This document shows, one piece after another, positions 20,020 through 30,153 of a stretch of 64,000 nucleotides of DNA. This DNA comes from Thermodesulfobacteriota bacterium (GTDB taxonomy: Bacteria; Desulfobacterota_D; UBA1144; Nemesobacterales; Mycalebacteriaceae), in contig OZ242184.1 in NCBI GenBank assembly GCA_965205855.1, positions 1,088,001 to 1,152,000 on the forward strand, written 5' to 3'. Each line of letters begins with the position of its first letter. Positions within the stretch are counted from its first letter, which is position 1. The position numbers and the translations under genes are program-made. The notes below the pieces were generated by a model. It was not told the origin of the DNA and did no database searches. It saw only the letters and a list, made by a program, of their open reading frames with translations.

Positions 20020-20931
20020 TCATGCGACATTGTCGCCCGGATTCAACTTTGCTCCCATTAGAAAATCGGCGGCAGGCATTCTTTTTTTCCCTTCAAGTTG
20101 AACCTCTTTTATTTCAACCGCTCCTATGCCTGTTGCGATAACAAAGGTTTTTGCGCAATTGAGAATCTCTCCCGGTTTTCCGTCTCCGGCTGAGATTTCC
20201 GATTTTATTATCTTGAGAATTTTTCCGCCGATGGTTGTAAACGCTCCCGGCCAGGGCAGAGCTCCGCGCGTCAGGTTTTTGATTTCCCGCGAAGACAGCG
20301 TCCAGTCTATTCTTCCGTCCTCCTTTGTCAGCGCGGGAGCGTATGTCGCCGCGGAGTGATATTGAGGTACGGGACGCGCTGTGCCGTTTTCAATCTCCGC
20401 GAGTGTTTTAACAAGAAGCCGCGCTCCCGTCTTTGCAAGGCGACGTTCCAATTCTTCGGATGTTTCATCGTCCCCTATGCGGACTTCCTTCTGAAGCAGG
20501 ATGTCTCCCGAATCAAGTTTCTCATCAACGAGCATTGTCGTAACGCCGGTTTTCTTCTCCCCCGCCATTACGGCGCGTTTTATCGGAGCCGCACCCCTGT
20601 ATAGCGGAAGCAAAGACGCGTGAACATTGATAAAACCGCGCGGGACGAGTTTAAGGATATCGGAAGGAATTATCTTTCCGTAAGCAACTACGCAAACGGC
20701 TTCGGGCTTGAGATTTTCAAACTCCGCCGCGAGTTCGCTTACATCCCCGGGCTGAAAAACGGGAATTGACAGCTCCATGGCAAGTCTCTTTACCGCCGGC
20801 GGAGTCACGCGCCCTCCTCGCCCCGAAGGTTTGTCCGGCCTGCAAACAACACCCGCGACAATATGCTTTTGCGCAAGAGCCTCAAGTGAAACCGATGCGA
20901 ATTCGGGAGTTCCCATAAAAATTATCTTCAT
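20020..20931 (-). CDS. fmt: Methionyl-tRNA formyltransferase
   Basis: FMGTPEFA, PDKPSGRG, VVAYG, INVHASLLP.YRGAAPI and LDSGDIL motifs. Confidence 0.96.
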   Translation of the reverse strand: MKIIFMGTPEFASVSLEALAQKHIVAGVVCRPDKPSGRGGRVTPPAVKRLAMELSIPVFQPGDVSELAAEFENLKPEAVCVVAYGKIIPSDILKLVPRGFINVHASLLPLYRGAAPIKRAVMAGEKKTGVTTMLVDEKLDSGDILLQKEVRIGDDETSEELERRLAKTGARLLVKTLAEIENGTARPVPQYHSAATYAPALTKEDGRIDWTLSSREIKNLTRGALPWPGAFTTIGGKILKIIKSEISAGDGKPGEILNCAKTFVIATGIGAVEIKEVQLEGKKRMPAADFLMGAKLNPGDNVA

Positions 20932-20982
20932 ACGATTTTGCTGTCTTGTGGAAGTGGAAAGGCAGCAATGCCGGATTGTCTC

Positions 20983-22752
20983 TTAGTTTTCAATTTTCTT
21001 CAATCCAAGCTCCGCCATTTGCTCGGCGTCTATGGACGACGGCGCGCCGGTAAGAGGACAGACGCCTCTCTGTGTTTTGGGAAACGCCGTAACTTCTCTT
21101 ATTGAATTCATCGCGGAAATCATCATCACAAGTCTGTCAAGCCCCAAAGCCAGACCGCCGTGCGGAGGGGCCCCATATTCAAGTGCCCTGAGAAAAAAAC
21201 CGAACTGCTCTTCGGCTTGGTTTCCACTTACGCCCACGACTTTCAAAACCGCTTCCTGCGTATCCCTTTTGTGTATTCTTATGCTACCCCCTCCAAGTTC
21301 CACACCGTTGAGAACAATATCATAAGCCCTTGAAAGCGCGTCTTCGGGCGAGTTTTCAAAACTTCCGGCACTTTCCTCCGCCGGAGCGGTAAAGGGGTGG
21401 TGAACCGCCTTGAGACGACCGCCCGGCTCGCGCTCGAAAAGCGGAAATTTTTCCACCCACACAAATTTGTAATCATCATCCTTGAAAAGTCCTAGACGCC
21501 TCGCGACCGAAAGCCTGACCGTTGAAAGAACCGTATTGACGGTCGCGGGCTCCCCCGCCCCGAAGAACATCAACCCGTGTTTTGAGTCCGCGAGTCCGGT
21601 TTTGCGTAAAAGCGCGGCTTTTTCATCTTGGGAGAGAAACTTCGCTATGGGAGACTGCCATTCTCCGTCCGAAATTCTTATCCACGCAAGACCTCCCGCC
21701 CCCATTGAAATTGCCTCGTCCGTCATTTCATCTATGTCTTTTCTCGACAGTGCGGAAGACTCTCTCTCAAGCGCGAGCGCTTTGATAATTCCACCTTTGC
21801 CCAGCGCGGAAGAAAAAATCTTGAATTTCGAGTTTTCAAAAACACCGGACACATCACAAAGCTCAAGGCCGAATCTCATATCGGGATGATCGTTCCCGTA
21901 ACGGCTGAGGGCGTCCGAGTAATCGATTGTCTCAAATGGCAAGTCCACCCGTATTCCCGCGACGGCAAAGCATTCCTTTAAAAGCCCTTCCACAACATCC
22001 ATAATCTCCCGTTCTCTTGCAAAAGCCATCTCAATGTCTATCTGGGAAAACTCTGGCTGCCTGTCAGCCCTGAGATCTTCATCACGAAAACAACGCGCTA
22101 TTTGGTAGTAACGATCAAAACCGGAAGACATGAGAACCTGCTTGAGAATCTGCGGAGACTGGGGAAGAGCGTAAAACTGCCCGTCGGTCTGCCTACACGG
22201 AATTACAAAATCTCTCGCCCCTTCGGGTGTGGATTTTGTGAGAAGCGGGGTTTCTATCTCGACAAAACGCAACGACTCCAGATAAGAGCGCGCCGCAGAA
22301 ACAACCCGGTGACGAAGTAAAATAACATCCCGCACCGACGGTCTACGAAGGTCAAGAAATCTATATTTCATCCTCACCGGCTCATCGGCGTTGATTATGT
22401 TTTCAACCGGAAACGGAAGTTCGGGACATGTGTTGAGAACCTCCGCTTCCGAAGCTATTACCTCTACTTCACCGGTCGGCATGGAATGGTTGACCATGGC
22501 TACTTCTCTTTTTACAACCTTTCCGCGAACGGCGACAACCCATTCGCTTCTGAAGTTTTCCGCGGTTGAGTGAGCGGCGCCTCTTCGCGGGTCGAAAACC
22601 ACTTGAACAACGCCTTCGTGGTCGCGTATGTCAATGAAAATCACCCCTCCATGGTCGCGGCTTGACTGAACCCAACCCATGAGCGTAACTTCGCTCCCCT
22701 CATCCGATGCACGCAAAGCGCCGCAACTGTCTGTTCTTGTCCATTCTTCCAT
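20983..22752 (-). CDS. aspS: Aspartate--tRNA ligase (RDHGG suggests a non-discriminating type)
   Basis: STPEGARDF, ALPQSPQ, CFRDEDLRADRQPEF, HHPFT, GGGSIRIH and GAPPHGG.ALGLDR motifs. Confidence 0.97.
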   Translation of the reverse strand: MEEWTRTDSCGALRASDEGSEVTLMGWVQSSRDHGGVIFIDIRDHEGVVQVVFDPRRGAAHSTAENFRSEWVVAVRGKVVKREVAMVNHSMPTGEVEVIASEAEVLNTCPELPFPVENIINADEPVRMKYRFLDLRRPSVRDVILLRHRVVSAARSYLESLRFVEIETPLLTKSTPEGARDFVIPCRQTDGQFYALPQSPQILKQVLMSSGFDRYYQIARCFRDEDLRADRQPEFSQIDIEMAFAREREIMDVVEGLLKECFAVAGIRVDLPFETIDYSDALSRYGNDHPDMRFGLELCDVSGVFENSKFKIFSSALGKGGIIKALALERESSALSRKDIDEMTDEAISMGAGGLAWIRISDGEWQSPIAKFLSQDEKAALLRKTGLADSKHGLMFFGAGEPATVNTVLSTVRLSVARRLGLFKDDDYKFVWVEKFPLFEREPGGRLKAVHHPFTAPAEESAGSFENSPEDALSRAYDIVLNGVELGGGSIRIHKRDTQEAVLKVVGVSGNQAEEQFGFFLRALEYGAPPHGGLALGLDRLVMMISAMNSIREVTAFPKTQRGVCPLTGAPSSIDAEQMAELGLKKIEN

Positions 22753-22767
22753 TGTATGGTTTCCTTT

Positions 22768-23433
22768 TCAGGGCTTGCTGCTTTTCCTCTCCAAACCGGA
22801 GATTCCCAGTCTTTTTTCAAGTTCCCTGTCTATGTCCGCCAGAGAGACCCCCTGCTCGGCAAGCATTACAATGCAGTGAAACCAAAGATCTGCAGTTTCG
22901 GATACCAACTCTTGCGTATTCAGGTTTTTTGCCGCGATAACGGTCTCTCCGGCTTCTTCAGTTATTTTCCTCGCTATCCTGTCTATTCCGCCCTTGAAAA
23001 GAGCGCTCGTATAGGAACCCTCTTTCGGATTCTTCTTCCTATCCGTCAAGGTTTGAAAAACCTTTTCAAGCGTTGCCATTGCACCTTTTTCAAAAGATGG
23101 AGCAGAGGTTTGCGCACCGTCTGCGCCCTTGTGAAAGCAGGTTTCTTTTCCCGTGTGACATGGTGGCCCCTGAGGCTCCACAAGCACCAAAACACAGTCG
23201 CGGTCGCAGTCCACAAGTATTTCCCTTACTTTCTGAAAATTGCCCGATTCCTCCCCCTTTTTCCATAATTTTCCACGAGAACGGCTCCAGAAATGGGTTC
23301 TTTCGGTCTGCCGGGTTTTTTCCAACGCTTCCTTGTTTGCCCATGCCATCATCAGCACTTTACCGTTTTTATGGTCCTGCACTATGACAGGAACAAGTCC
23401 GTCAGCTCCAAATTTGATGGGTTTAGTATCCAT
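22768..23433 (-). CDS. hisIE: Bifunctional phosphoribosyl-AMP cyclohydrolase / phosphoribosyl-ATP pyrophosphatase
   Basis: WSRSR..LW.KGEESG, DCDRD, CHTG..TCF, then GSYT..L, K..EEAGE and ETADLWFH motifs. Confidence 0.95.
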   Translation of the reverse strand: MDTKPIKFGADGLVPVIVQDHKNGKVLMMAWANKEALEKTRQTERTHFWSRSRGKLWKKGEESGNFQKVREILVDCDRDCVLVLVEPQGPPCHTGKETCFHKGADGAQTSAPSFEKGAMATLEKVFQTLTDRKKNPKEGSYTSALFKGGIDRIARKITEEAGETVIAAKNLNTQELVSETADLWFHCIVMLAEQGVSLADIDRELEKRLGISGLERKSSKP

Positions 23434-23515
23434 AGTTATTTCCAATCGCCGTAATTGTGTTATATTACACGCATATGCGGTTTATTAACAGCGGCAAGTA
23501 ACGGGAGTGAAACAG

Positions 23516-23830
23516 ATGGCAAGAGTTACAATAGAAGACTGTATGGAAGTTGTGGGAAACAGATTTGCCCTTTCCGTAGTGGCAATGAAAAGAGCAAAAA
23601 GCATAGTAGCAAAAAAGATCGACCTTCTTGAGAGAGAAAAAAAACTTGCCGAAGCGATGGTAAGCCTGGACGCAGCGGCGGAAAAAGGTGAAATTCCGGT
23701 CGCCGAAGTTGTTGAAAGCAATATGGACAAAAGTTCACGGGTTCAAGAAGAGAACAAACCCGTTATCAGAGCGCTGAAGGAAATAGCCGATAAAAAACTG
23801 AGGTTTTCCTATTCACCCAACCGGCGGTAA
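23516..23830 (+). CDS. rpoZ: RNA polymerase omega subunit with internal insertion
   Basis: MARVTIEDC...NRF.L...A.KRA at the N-terminus and NKP...AL.EIA at the C-terminus. Confidence 0.85.
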   Translation: MARVTIEDCMEVVGNRFALSVVAMKRAKSIVAKKIDLLEREKKLAEAMVSLDAAAEKGEIPVAEVVESNMDKSSRVQEENKPVIRALKEIADKKLRFSYSPNRR

Positions 23831-23877
23831 ATAAAACATTCCGTCTTCCTGATTCGGGCGACTTTAACTCTGCAAGT

Positions 23878-25836
23878 ATGGACGCCACCGTCACAATAGG
23901 GGTTGATATTGGCGGCACCTTTACCGACTTGGTTCTGTTTGACCGCGGAACGGTGCGGATTCACAAAGTCTCCTCTACTCCTCAAAACCCGGCGCTCGCC
24001 GTAGTTGAGGGTGTATCGCACTTTACAAAAAATCTTTCCGCGAACCTTGAAATTATTCACGGAACGACAGTCGCAACAAACACGCTTATCGAAAGAAAAG
24101 GCGCAAAAATCGCCCTTATAACAACAAAGGGATTTGAAGACATTATTGAGATTGGAAGGCAGAACCGCGGGAAACTCTACAACCTTTTCTGGAAAAAAAA
24201 CGAAGGGCTTGTTCCGCGCCCGATGAGAATAGGCGTTGAGGAAAGAACTAATTGCGCCGGCTTCCCTTTTCTCTCTCCGTCCGACACGGAAATGGAGAAA
24301 GTGGCAAACGCCGTTAAAGCTCTCGGCGCGGAAGCGGTAGCGGTCTGTTTTCTGCACTCATATGCAAACCCCGCTCATGAAGCGGCGGTCGGCCGAAGTA
24401 TAGACAAACTCGGTATCCCGGTGTCTCTTTCATCGGTTGTATCTCCCGAATTCAGGGAATATGAAAGGTCATCCACAACGGTGGCAAACGCCTATCTTAT
24501 TCCCGTAATATCAGACTATATGAAGTCCCTTTCGTCCTCTCTCGGCGGCGTGAAGGTTTCCGTAATTCAGTCAAGCGGAGGCGTGACAGAACCGGACAAA
24601 GTCGCGCGTGAGCCGGTAAGGATTACGACCTCCGGCCCCGCGGCCGGCGTGTCCGGCGCTTTCAAAATAGCGGAATGCATGGGCGAGACAAAGATAATAA
24701 CTTGCGACATGGGAGGAACTTCAACGGATGTTTCGCTTTGTAACGGTGTCCCCATGTTCTCATCCCAAAGCAATGTCGGAGGGGTTCCGCTCAGAGTGCC
24801 ATGCATAGATATATCCACAATCGGAGCGGGCGGAGGGTCAATAGCGCGGACAGATGCAGGAGGCATTCTGAAAACCGGACCGGAAAGCGCCGGAGCAGAC
24901 CCCGGCCCCGCATGTTACGGAAAAGGAAAACTTCCCACCGTTACGGATGCAAACCTTGTTCTCGGCAGGATGGAACCGGAACATTTTCTCGGTGGAAGAA
25001 AAAAAATTTTTCCTCAAAGGGCTTTTGAGGCGATACAAACTCTTGAGATGGACAACGCAACACCTTTGCAAAAGGCGGAATCGGTTGTCAGGGTTGTCAA
25101 TTCATCAATGGAGAGGCTGATAAGGGTTATGGCCGCAGACAGAGGAGTTGACCCCAGAGAGTTTTCCCTTTTCGGTTTCGGCGGAGCGGCGGGCCTTCAT
25201 TGCTGTGAAATCGCTTTGGGAACCGGAATGAAAAGGGTAATTTTTCCATGCCATCCCGCCGCTCTCTCGGCGCTCGGAATGCTTCTTTCCGACCTGTTCA
25301 AGGATTACGTAAAAAGCTGCTTCTCGGTTGTGCCTGAGCAAACACATCTCGTATCGGCCTCTTTGAGCGAACTTGAAAAAGCTGCGCGCGCAGAACACAA
25401 AGGCGCGGGCGATTTTGAGACCGAAAGGTTTGTTGACTTAAGATATGCCGGTCAATCGCATGAAATAACGGTTCCCTTTTCCTCCGATATCACTTCGGAT
25501 TTTCATCTCCTGCATTGTAAAAGATTCGGATACGCAATGAATAACAAAACGGTCGAAACCACAGCGGCGCGAATACGCTTCATGGTCGGCAAAAGCGGCT
25601 TTAAACTGCCGGAAATAGAATCTCACACTGGCGAAAACAAGGAGACGGGTGAAAAAGATATTTGGATTAATGGCTCATTCAGGCGTTTCGGGATTTACAG
25701 ACGCCCCGACCTCGGTGCGGGTTTCCGGTTTGAAGGTCCCGCTCTGGTTCTGGAAGACAGCTCGGTTTTAATGATAACTCCGGAGTTCCAATGCGAGGTC
25801 GACCGATGGGGAAACATAGTCGGGAGTTTAAGGTGA
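23878..25836 (+). CDS. Hydantoinase A / 5-oxoprolinase alpha-type subunit
   Basis: GVDIGGTFTD, HGTTVATN, LHSYANP.HE, EFREYER, SGPAAG, DMGGTSTD, GAGGGS and SAGADPGPACYG motifs. Confidence 0.92.
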   Translation: MDATVTIGVDIGGTFTDLVLFDRGTVRIHKVSSTPQNPALAVVEGVSHFTKNLSANLEIIHGTTVATNTLIERKGAKIALITTKGFEDIIEIGRQNRGKLYNLFWKKNEGLVPRPMRIGVEERTNCAGFPFLSPSDTEMEKVANAVKALGAEAVAVCFLHSYANPAHEAAVGRSIDKLGIPVSLSSVVSPEFREYERSSTTVANAYLIPVISDYMKSLSSSLGGVKVSVIQSSGGVTEPDKVAREPVRITTSGPAAGVSGAFKIAECMGETKIITCDMGGTSTDVSLCNGVPMFSSQSNVGGVPLRVPCIDISTIGAGGGSIARTDAGGILKTGPESAGADPGPACYGKGKLPTVTDANLVLGRMEPEHFLGGRKKIFPQRAFEAIQTLEMDNATPLQKAESVVRVVNSSMERLIRVMAADRGVDPREFSLFGFGGAAGLHCCEIALGTGMKRVIFPCHPAALSALGMLLSDLFKDYVKSCFSVVPEQTHLVSASLSELEKAARAEHKGAGDFETERFVDLRYAGQSHEITVPFSSDITSDFHLLHCKRFGYAMNNKTVETTAARIRFMVGKSGFKLPEIESHTGENKETGEKDIWINGSFRRFGIYRRPDLGAGFRFEGPALVLEDSSVLMITPEFQCEVDRWGNIVGSLR

Positions 25837-26417
25837 AAAAATTCGACGAAGTTTTTATAAAATCTCTTGAGGAAAGCATCGCACAACACCGACTCCGCAC
25901 GCTAGAAATACCTAAAAACGGTGTGCGGGCGGCAGTCGCGGCAATTCTCAAGCCCGGCGCAAGAGGAGCGGAGATATGCCTTATCAAAAGATCTTGCCAT
26001 CCGCTTGACAGATTTTCCGGGCATATGGCTTTGCCCGGAGGAATTGAAGAAGAAAAAGACACTGATATGTTTGCGACCGCCGTCAGGGAAACCCTTGAGG
26101 AAATAGGGTTGAACCTTAAAACGCGCGGAAGGGTTGCCGGAAGAATTGACGATGAAATACCCGCCGCTTCCGCAAAAAAATCCGAAAGGTCCTATCTCGT
26201 AACACCTTTTGTCTGTACCGTCGCCTCGCCCGCACCCGTGCGCATTCACAATGAGGTTGAACGGGTTTTTTGGATGCCAGTTTGTGATTTAAAACGCGGC
26301 GCGGCAGAAAAATCCCCGGAATTTTTCTGCCATGATCAGAGAATATGGGGAATGACGGCAAGGATTATTGACAATCTTCTGAAGGTTATTACTCCGCAAC
26401 ATGCCGAAAAGGTTTGA
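25833..26417 (+). CDS. Nudix hydrolase, CoA pyrophosphatase-like
   Basis: SGHMALPGG.EE......TAVRETLEEIG Nudix box, VTPFV and IWGMTA. GTG start overlaps the upstream stop and has a GGGAG RBS. Confidence 0.85.
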   Translation: MKKFDEVFIKSLEESIAQHRLRTLEIPKNGVRAAVAAILKPGARGAEICLIKRSCHPLDRFSGHMALPGGIEEEKDTDMFATAVRETLEEIGLNLKTRGRVAGRIDDEIPAASAKKSERSYLVTPFVCTVASPAPVRIHNEVERVFWMPVCDLKRGAAEKSPEFFCHDQRIWGMTARIIDNLLKVITPQHAEKV

Positions 26418-26487
26418 ACAGACACCGTTATGTATATAAAATAAAAAAACAGATGCGGCCTTTTGGAGTCGCCATTGCGGAGGCAAT

Positions 26488-26913
26488 ATGAGAGGAGTCA
26501 ATAAGGCAACAATAATAGGAAATCTCGGCAGCGATCCGGAAATGAAGTTCACAGCTTCGGGTCAGGCGGTCGCAAACTTTTCAGTCGCCACAAATGAATC
26601 GTGGACGGGAAAAGACGGGCAGAAAAACGAACGAACCGAATGGCACAGAATTGTCGCATGGGGAAAGCTCGCGGAAATCTGCGGACAGTACCTTTCAAAA
26701 GGCAGTCCGGTATATATTGAGGGCTCCATACGAACACGGTCATGGGAAGACAAGGAAGGAAACACAAAATACACAACAGAGATACACGCAAGAGAGATTG
26801 AGTTTCTCAGCGGTTCCCGTGAAACCTCCGGCGGAGAAGACCAGTCCCGTAATGAAGGCGGACAGCCCATCGAAGTACCGGAAAACAACATGGACGATGA
26901 CATTCCGTTTTAG
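26488..26913 (+). CDS. ssb: Single-stranded DNA-binding protein
   Basis: GVNK...IGNLG.DPE, TEWHRIV, and C-terminal DDDIPF. Confidence 0.97.
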   Translation: MRGVNKATIIGNLGSDPEMKFTASGQAVANFSVATNESWTGKDGQKNERTEWHRIVAWGKLAEICGQYLSKGSPVYIEGSIRTRSWEDKEGNTKYTTEIHAREIEFLSGSRETSGGEDQSRNEGGQPIEVPENNMDDDIPF

Positions 26914-28316
26914 TGGATTGGATTTTGCCTTTGTATGCCGTAATTCTTTGCGCGGGAAAAAGCTCCAGAATGGGAGGAAAGCGTCAGAAAGCGATGCTTC
27001 CGATTTTGGGAACGCCTATTGTCAGATATGCGACAACTGCGGCCGCGGCGGCAAATCCCTCCAAAACCGTTGTCGTAGTCGGCTTTGACTCCGACTCCGT
27101 AATCCATTGCCTTTCCTCTGAAGACATACCCGGACAATTTGAATTTGTGCGCCAGAATCGCCAGTCCGGCACGGGACACGCTCTTTCGGAAGCTTTTCGC
27201 TCAATCGCCGCGACCCGTGGCGATGTGCTTGTTGTGAACGGAGATATGCCCGCCGTTACAGCGTCTTTAATTAAAAGACTCGTTTCAAACCACAAAAAAA
27301 ACGGAGCAACCGTCTCATTTGCGACCGCCTTGGCTGATAACGCGCACGGATACGGACGCGTGGTTCGCAAGCCGAACGGGGAGGTTGAGAGAATAGTGGA
27401 GCATGCGGATGCGGATTCCCATCAAAAGCGCATACGCGAGGTTAACGCCGGAATATACTGCTTCAAAAACTCTTTTTTGGGCAAAGCACTCACCGGTTTA
27501 AGGAAAAAAAACGCCAAGGGGGAATACTACATAACAAACCTTATTGAAATCGCGGTGCGCAAAGGGGAGAAAATTCTCGCCGTCAAGTCCGCGGACTTTG
27601 GCGAGATTGCCGGAGTAAACACTCCGGCGGAGCTTTCACAGGCGCAGGCGTATATGAAGGAGAAAGCAATCGCACGCCTGATGCGTCTCGGGGTTGTGAT
27701 TTCGGACCCCGCTACAACTTACATTTGCCCGGAAACTAAAATAGGTGCGGGAACAGTCATTCACCCGTGTTGCTTCATCAACCGCAGCCGCATAGGGGCA
27801 AACTGCTCCATAGGTCCCGGAGTTCATATAAAGGACACTTCAATAGCTGCCGGATGCAAGGTGGAATTTTCCTCGATGCTTGAAGGGTGCGTTATGCGCG
27901 TCGGTTCAACGGCGGGACCGTTTGCAAGAGTGCGGCCGCAAACCGTGCTCATGGACGGCTCGCGAGCCGGGACTTTTGTTGAAATAAAAAAATCCACGGT
28001 TGGCAAAAATTCAAAAGTTCCCCACCTCTCCTACCTCGGAGACTCAAAAATCGGCACAGATGTCAACATAGGAGCGGGAACTATCACATGCAACTACGAC
28101 GGAGAGAAAAAACACCCGACAACCATAGAGGACGGGGTTTTTATTGGCAGTGACACAATGCTTGTGGCTCCGGTAAAAGTTGGGAAAAACGCCACGACGG
28201 CCGCCGGGTCCGTCATAACAAAAGATGTTTCTCCGGGCACGCTGGCAATTGGCAGAAACAAACAGAAGGAAATTGCCGGGTGGCGCCGCATAAAAAAAAC
28301 TGCGGGGAAAAACTGA
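26913..28316 (+). CDS. glmU: Bifunctional UDP-GlcNAc pyrophosphorylase / GlcN-1-P acetyltransferase
   Basis: AGK.SRM, GTGHA, GYGRVVR, EVNAGIY, GEYYIT, hexapeptide repeats, HLSYLGD and GAGTITCNYDG. Confidence 0.95.
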   Translation: MDWILPLYAVILCAGKSSRMGGKRQKAMLPILGTPIVRYATTAAAAANPSKTVVVVGFDSDSVIHCLSSEDIPGQFEFVRQNRQSGTGHALSEAFRSIAATRGDVLVVNGDMPAVTASLIKRLVSNHKKNGATVSFATALADNAHGYGRVVRKPNGEVERIVEHADADSHQKRIREVNAGIYCFKNSFLGKALTGLRKKNAKGEYYITNLIEIAVRKGEKILAVKSADFGEIAGVNTPAELSQAQAYMKEKAIARLMRLGVVISDPATTYICPETKIGAGTVIHPCCFINRSRIGANCSIGPGVHIKDTSIAAGCKVEFSSMLEGCVMRVGSTAGPFARVRPQTVLMDGSRAGTFVEIKKSTVGKNSKVPHLSYLGDSKIGTDVNIGAGTITCNYDGEKKHPTTIEDGVFIGSDTMLVAPVKVGKNATTAAGSVITKDVSPGTLAIGRNKQKEIAGWRRIKKTAGKN

Positions 28317-30145
28317 TGTGCGGAATAGTCGGTTATGTGGGATCTCCCGAACGAACCTGCGGTATTGTGTGCGACGGACTTGAAAAACTTGACAGCCGAG
28401 GTTACGACTCCGCGGGAATCTGCATTGTTGGAGAAAACGGCGCTTCTGTTTTTAAAAGTCCCGGAAAGATAAGCCGGCTTATGGAAAAAATCGGTTTGCC
28501 GGTCCCGGTCGGCAGAGTGGGAATAGGGCACACCCGCTGGGCAACCCAAGGCTCCCCGGAAAGTTGCGCAAACGCGCATCCCCACACCGCCGGAAATATC
28601 AGTGTCGTTCACAACGGTGTTGTCGAAAACTGGAAAAGTTTGCGAAAACGTCTTGAAGCGAAAGGAAAACTGTTCCACTCCGAGACCGACACGGAAGTTA
28701 TAGCCCACCTCATTGACGAATTTCACGGCTTCGGAGATACATTGCTTGACGCGGTGAGAAAAACTTTCGCGGAAATTAACGGTTGTTCGGCAATCGCAGC
28801 AACCTCGGAAAAAGAACCGGACACAATTGTTGTGGCGAAAAGGTTTTCACCCATTGTTCTCGCGGACAACGGAGACGAAAAATTTGTCTCTTCCGATGTG
28901 TTGGCGCTCGCAAGCCGGTGCCGTGAGTTTATAACTCTCAGAGACGGAGATTTTGCCGTCCTGAAACCGTCCGGCATCACAATAACGGATGCCGAAGGCA
29001 AAACCGTAAAACGCCCCTCGCGAACCGCCGAAAATGACGCCTACACACTTACGGACAAAAGCGGTTTTTCACACTATATGATAAAAGAGATATATGACCA
29101 GCCTCACGCCGTTGCGGACACGCTGAGAGGCAGAACAAGCGGCGGAGAAGTCTTTGACGGATTGAATACCGACTTTGCAAAATCGGTTGAAAGAATAGTT
29201 TTTGTGGGGTGCGGCACTTCGCATTACGCTTCCATTGCGGGGCGCTATTTGATTGAATCACTGTCTCAAGTCCCGACCGAGACGGAAGTCGCCTCGGAGT
29301 TTTGTTATAGAAAGTTGGGACTCGGACCCAGGACCCTTGTTGTCGCGGTATCGCAATCTGGAGAGACCGCAGACACATCGCGCGCTATTGCCAAGGCGAA
29401 AAAGCAAGGGGCAAAAACCGTTCTCGTAACCAACAATCCGTTCGGGAAAATGGTTGACGAGGCGGACAATGTTATTTTGACAAAAGCTGGAAGGGAAATG
29501 TCGGTCGCTTCAACAAAAACCTTCACCACACAGATTGCGGCTTTCTGCTCGCTCGCCCTGTTTCTGGGCACGGCGCGCGGCGCCCTTGGAGATGATGACA
29601 CCCTGAAAACGGCAAGAGAGCTTCGCTCCATTCCCGAACTTCAGGCGAAATGTCTCACGCTTGACAATGAGATTTCCGAAATTGCCGCGGAATTCAACGG
29701 ATATGCAAACTTTCTCTTTCTGGGACGCGGTCTTGGCTATCCGGTGGCTCTCGAAGGAGCGTTGAAGTTGAAGGAAATCTCCTATATGCACGCCGAAGCC
29801 GTGGCGGCGGGGGAGATCAAACACGGACCCATAGCGCTGATTGATGAAAATATGCCATCGGTTTTTGTGTTTCCGTCCCGCGAAGAGGTGTCTTTTGAAA
29901 AACAGATTTCCAACATGGCGGAAGTAAAAGCGCGACGTGGTAGGGTTATTGCGGTAATATCTCCGGGAGATGTTCCCCATCTGGACGAAAAAGACAGAAT
30001 AATACGGGTTCCGGAGTGCGGAGTTATGGCAAACCCGTTTGTTTCAGTGATAGCGCTCCAGTTGTTTGCCTACCATGTCGCACGCTCTCTGGGCAAGGAT
30101 GTTGACCAGCCGAGAAATCTTGCAAAGGTGGTAACAGTAGAATAA
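28316..30145 (+). CDS. glmS: Glutamine--fructose-6-phosphate aminotransferase
   Basis: MCGIVG start, RGYDSAG, GHTRWAT, SQSGETADT, VASTK, EGALKLKEISY and DQPRNLAK.VTVE. Confidence 0.96.
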   Translation: MCGIVGYVGSPERTCGIVCDGLEKLDSRGYDSAGICIVGENGASVFKSPGKISRLMEKIGLPVPVGRVGIGHTRWATQGSPESCANAHPHTAGNISVVHNGVVENWKSLRKRLEAKGKLFHSETDTEVIAHLIDEFHGFGDTLLDAVRKTFAEINGCSAIAATSEKEPDTIVVAKRFSPIVLADNGDEKFVSSDVLALASRCREFITLRDGDFAVLKPSGITITDAEGKTVKRPSRTAENDAYTLTDKSGFSHYMIKEIYDQPHAVADTLRGRTSGGEVFDGLNTDFAKSVERIVFVGCGTSHYASIAGRYLIESLSQVPTETEVASEFCYRKLGLGPRTLVVAVSQSGETADTSRAIAKAKKQGAKTVLVTNNPFGKMVDEADNVILTKAGREMSVASTKTFTTQIAAFCSLALFLGTARGALGDDDTLKTARELRSIPELQAKCLTLDNEISEIAAEFNGYANFLFLGRGLGYPVALEGALKLKEISYMHAEAVAAGEIKHGPIALIDENMPSVFVFPSREEVSFEKQISNMAEVKARRGRVIAVISPGDVPHLDEKDRIIRVPECGVMANPFVSVIALQLFAYHVARSLGKDVDQPRNLAKVVTVE

Positions 30146-30153
30146 AAAAGTTT

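Noticed and set aside
26474-26487. ATTGC-GGAG-GCAAT hairpin around the ssb RBS
   Set aside because: The stem is only 5 bp, too weak to claim regulation.
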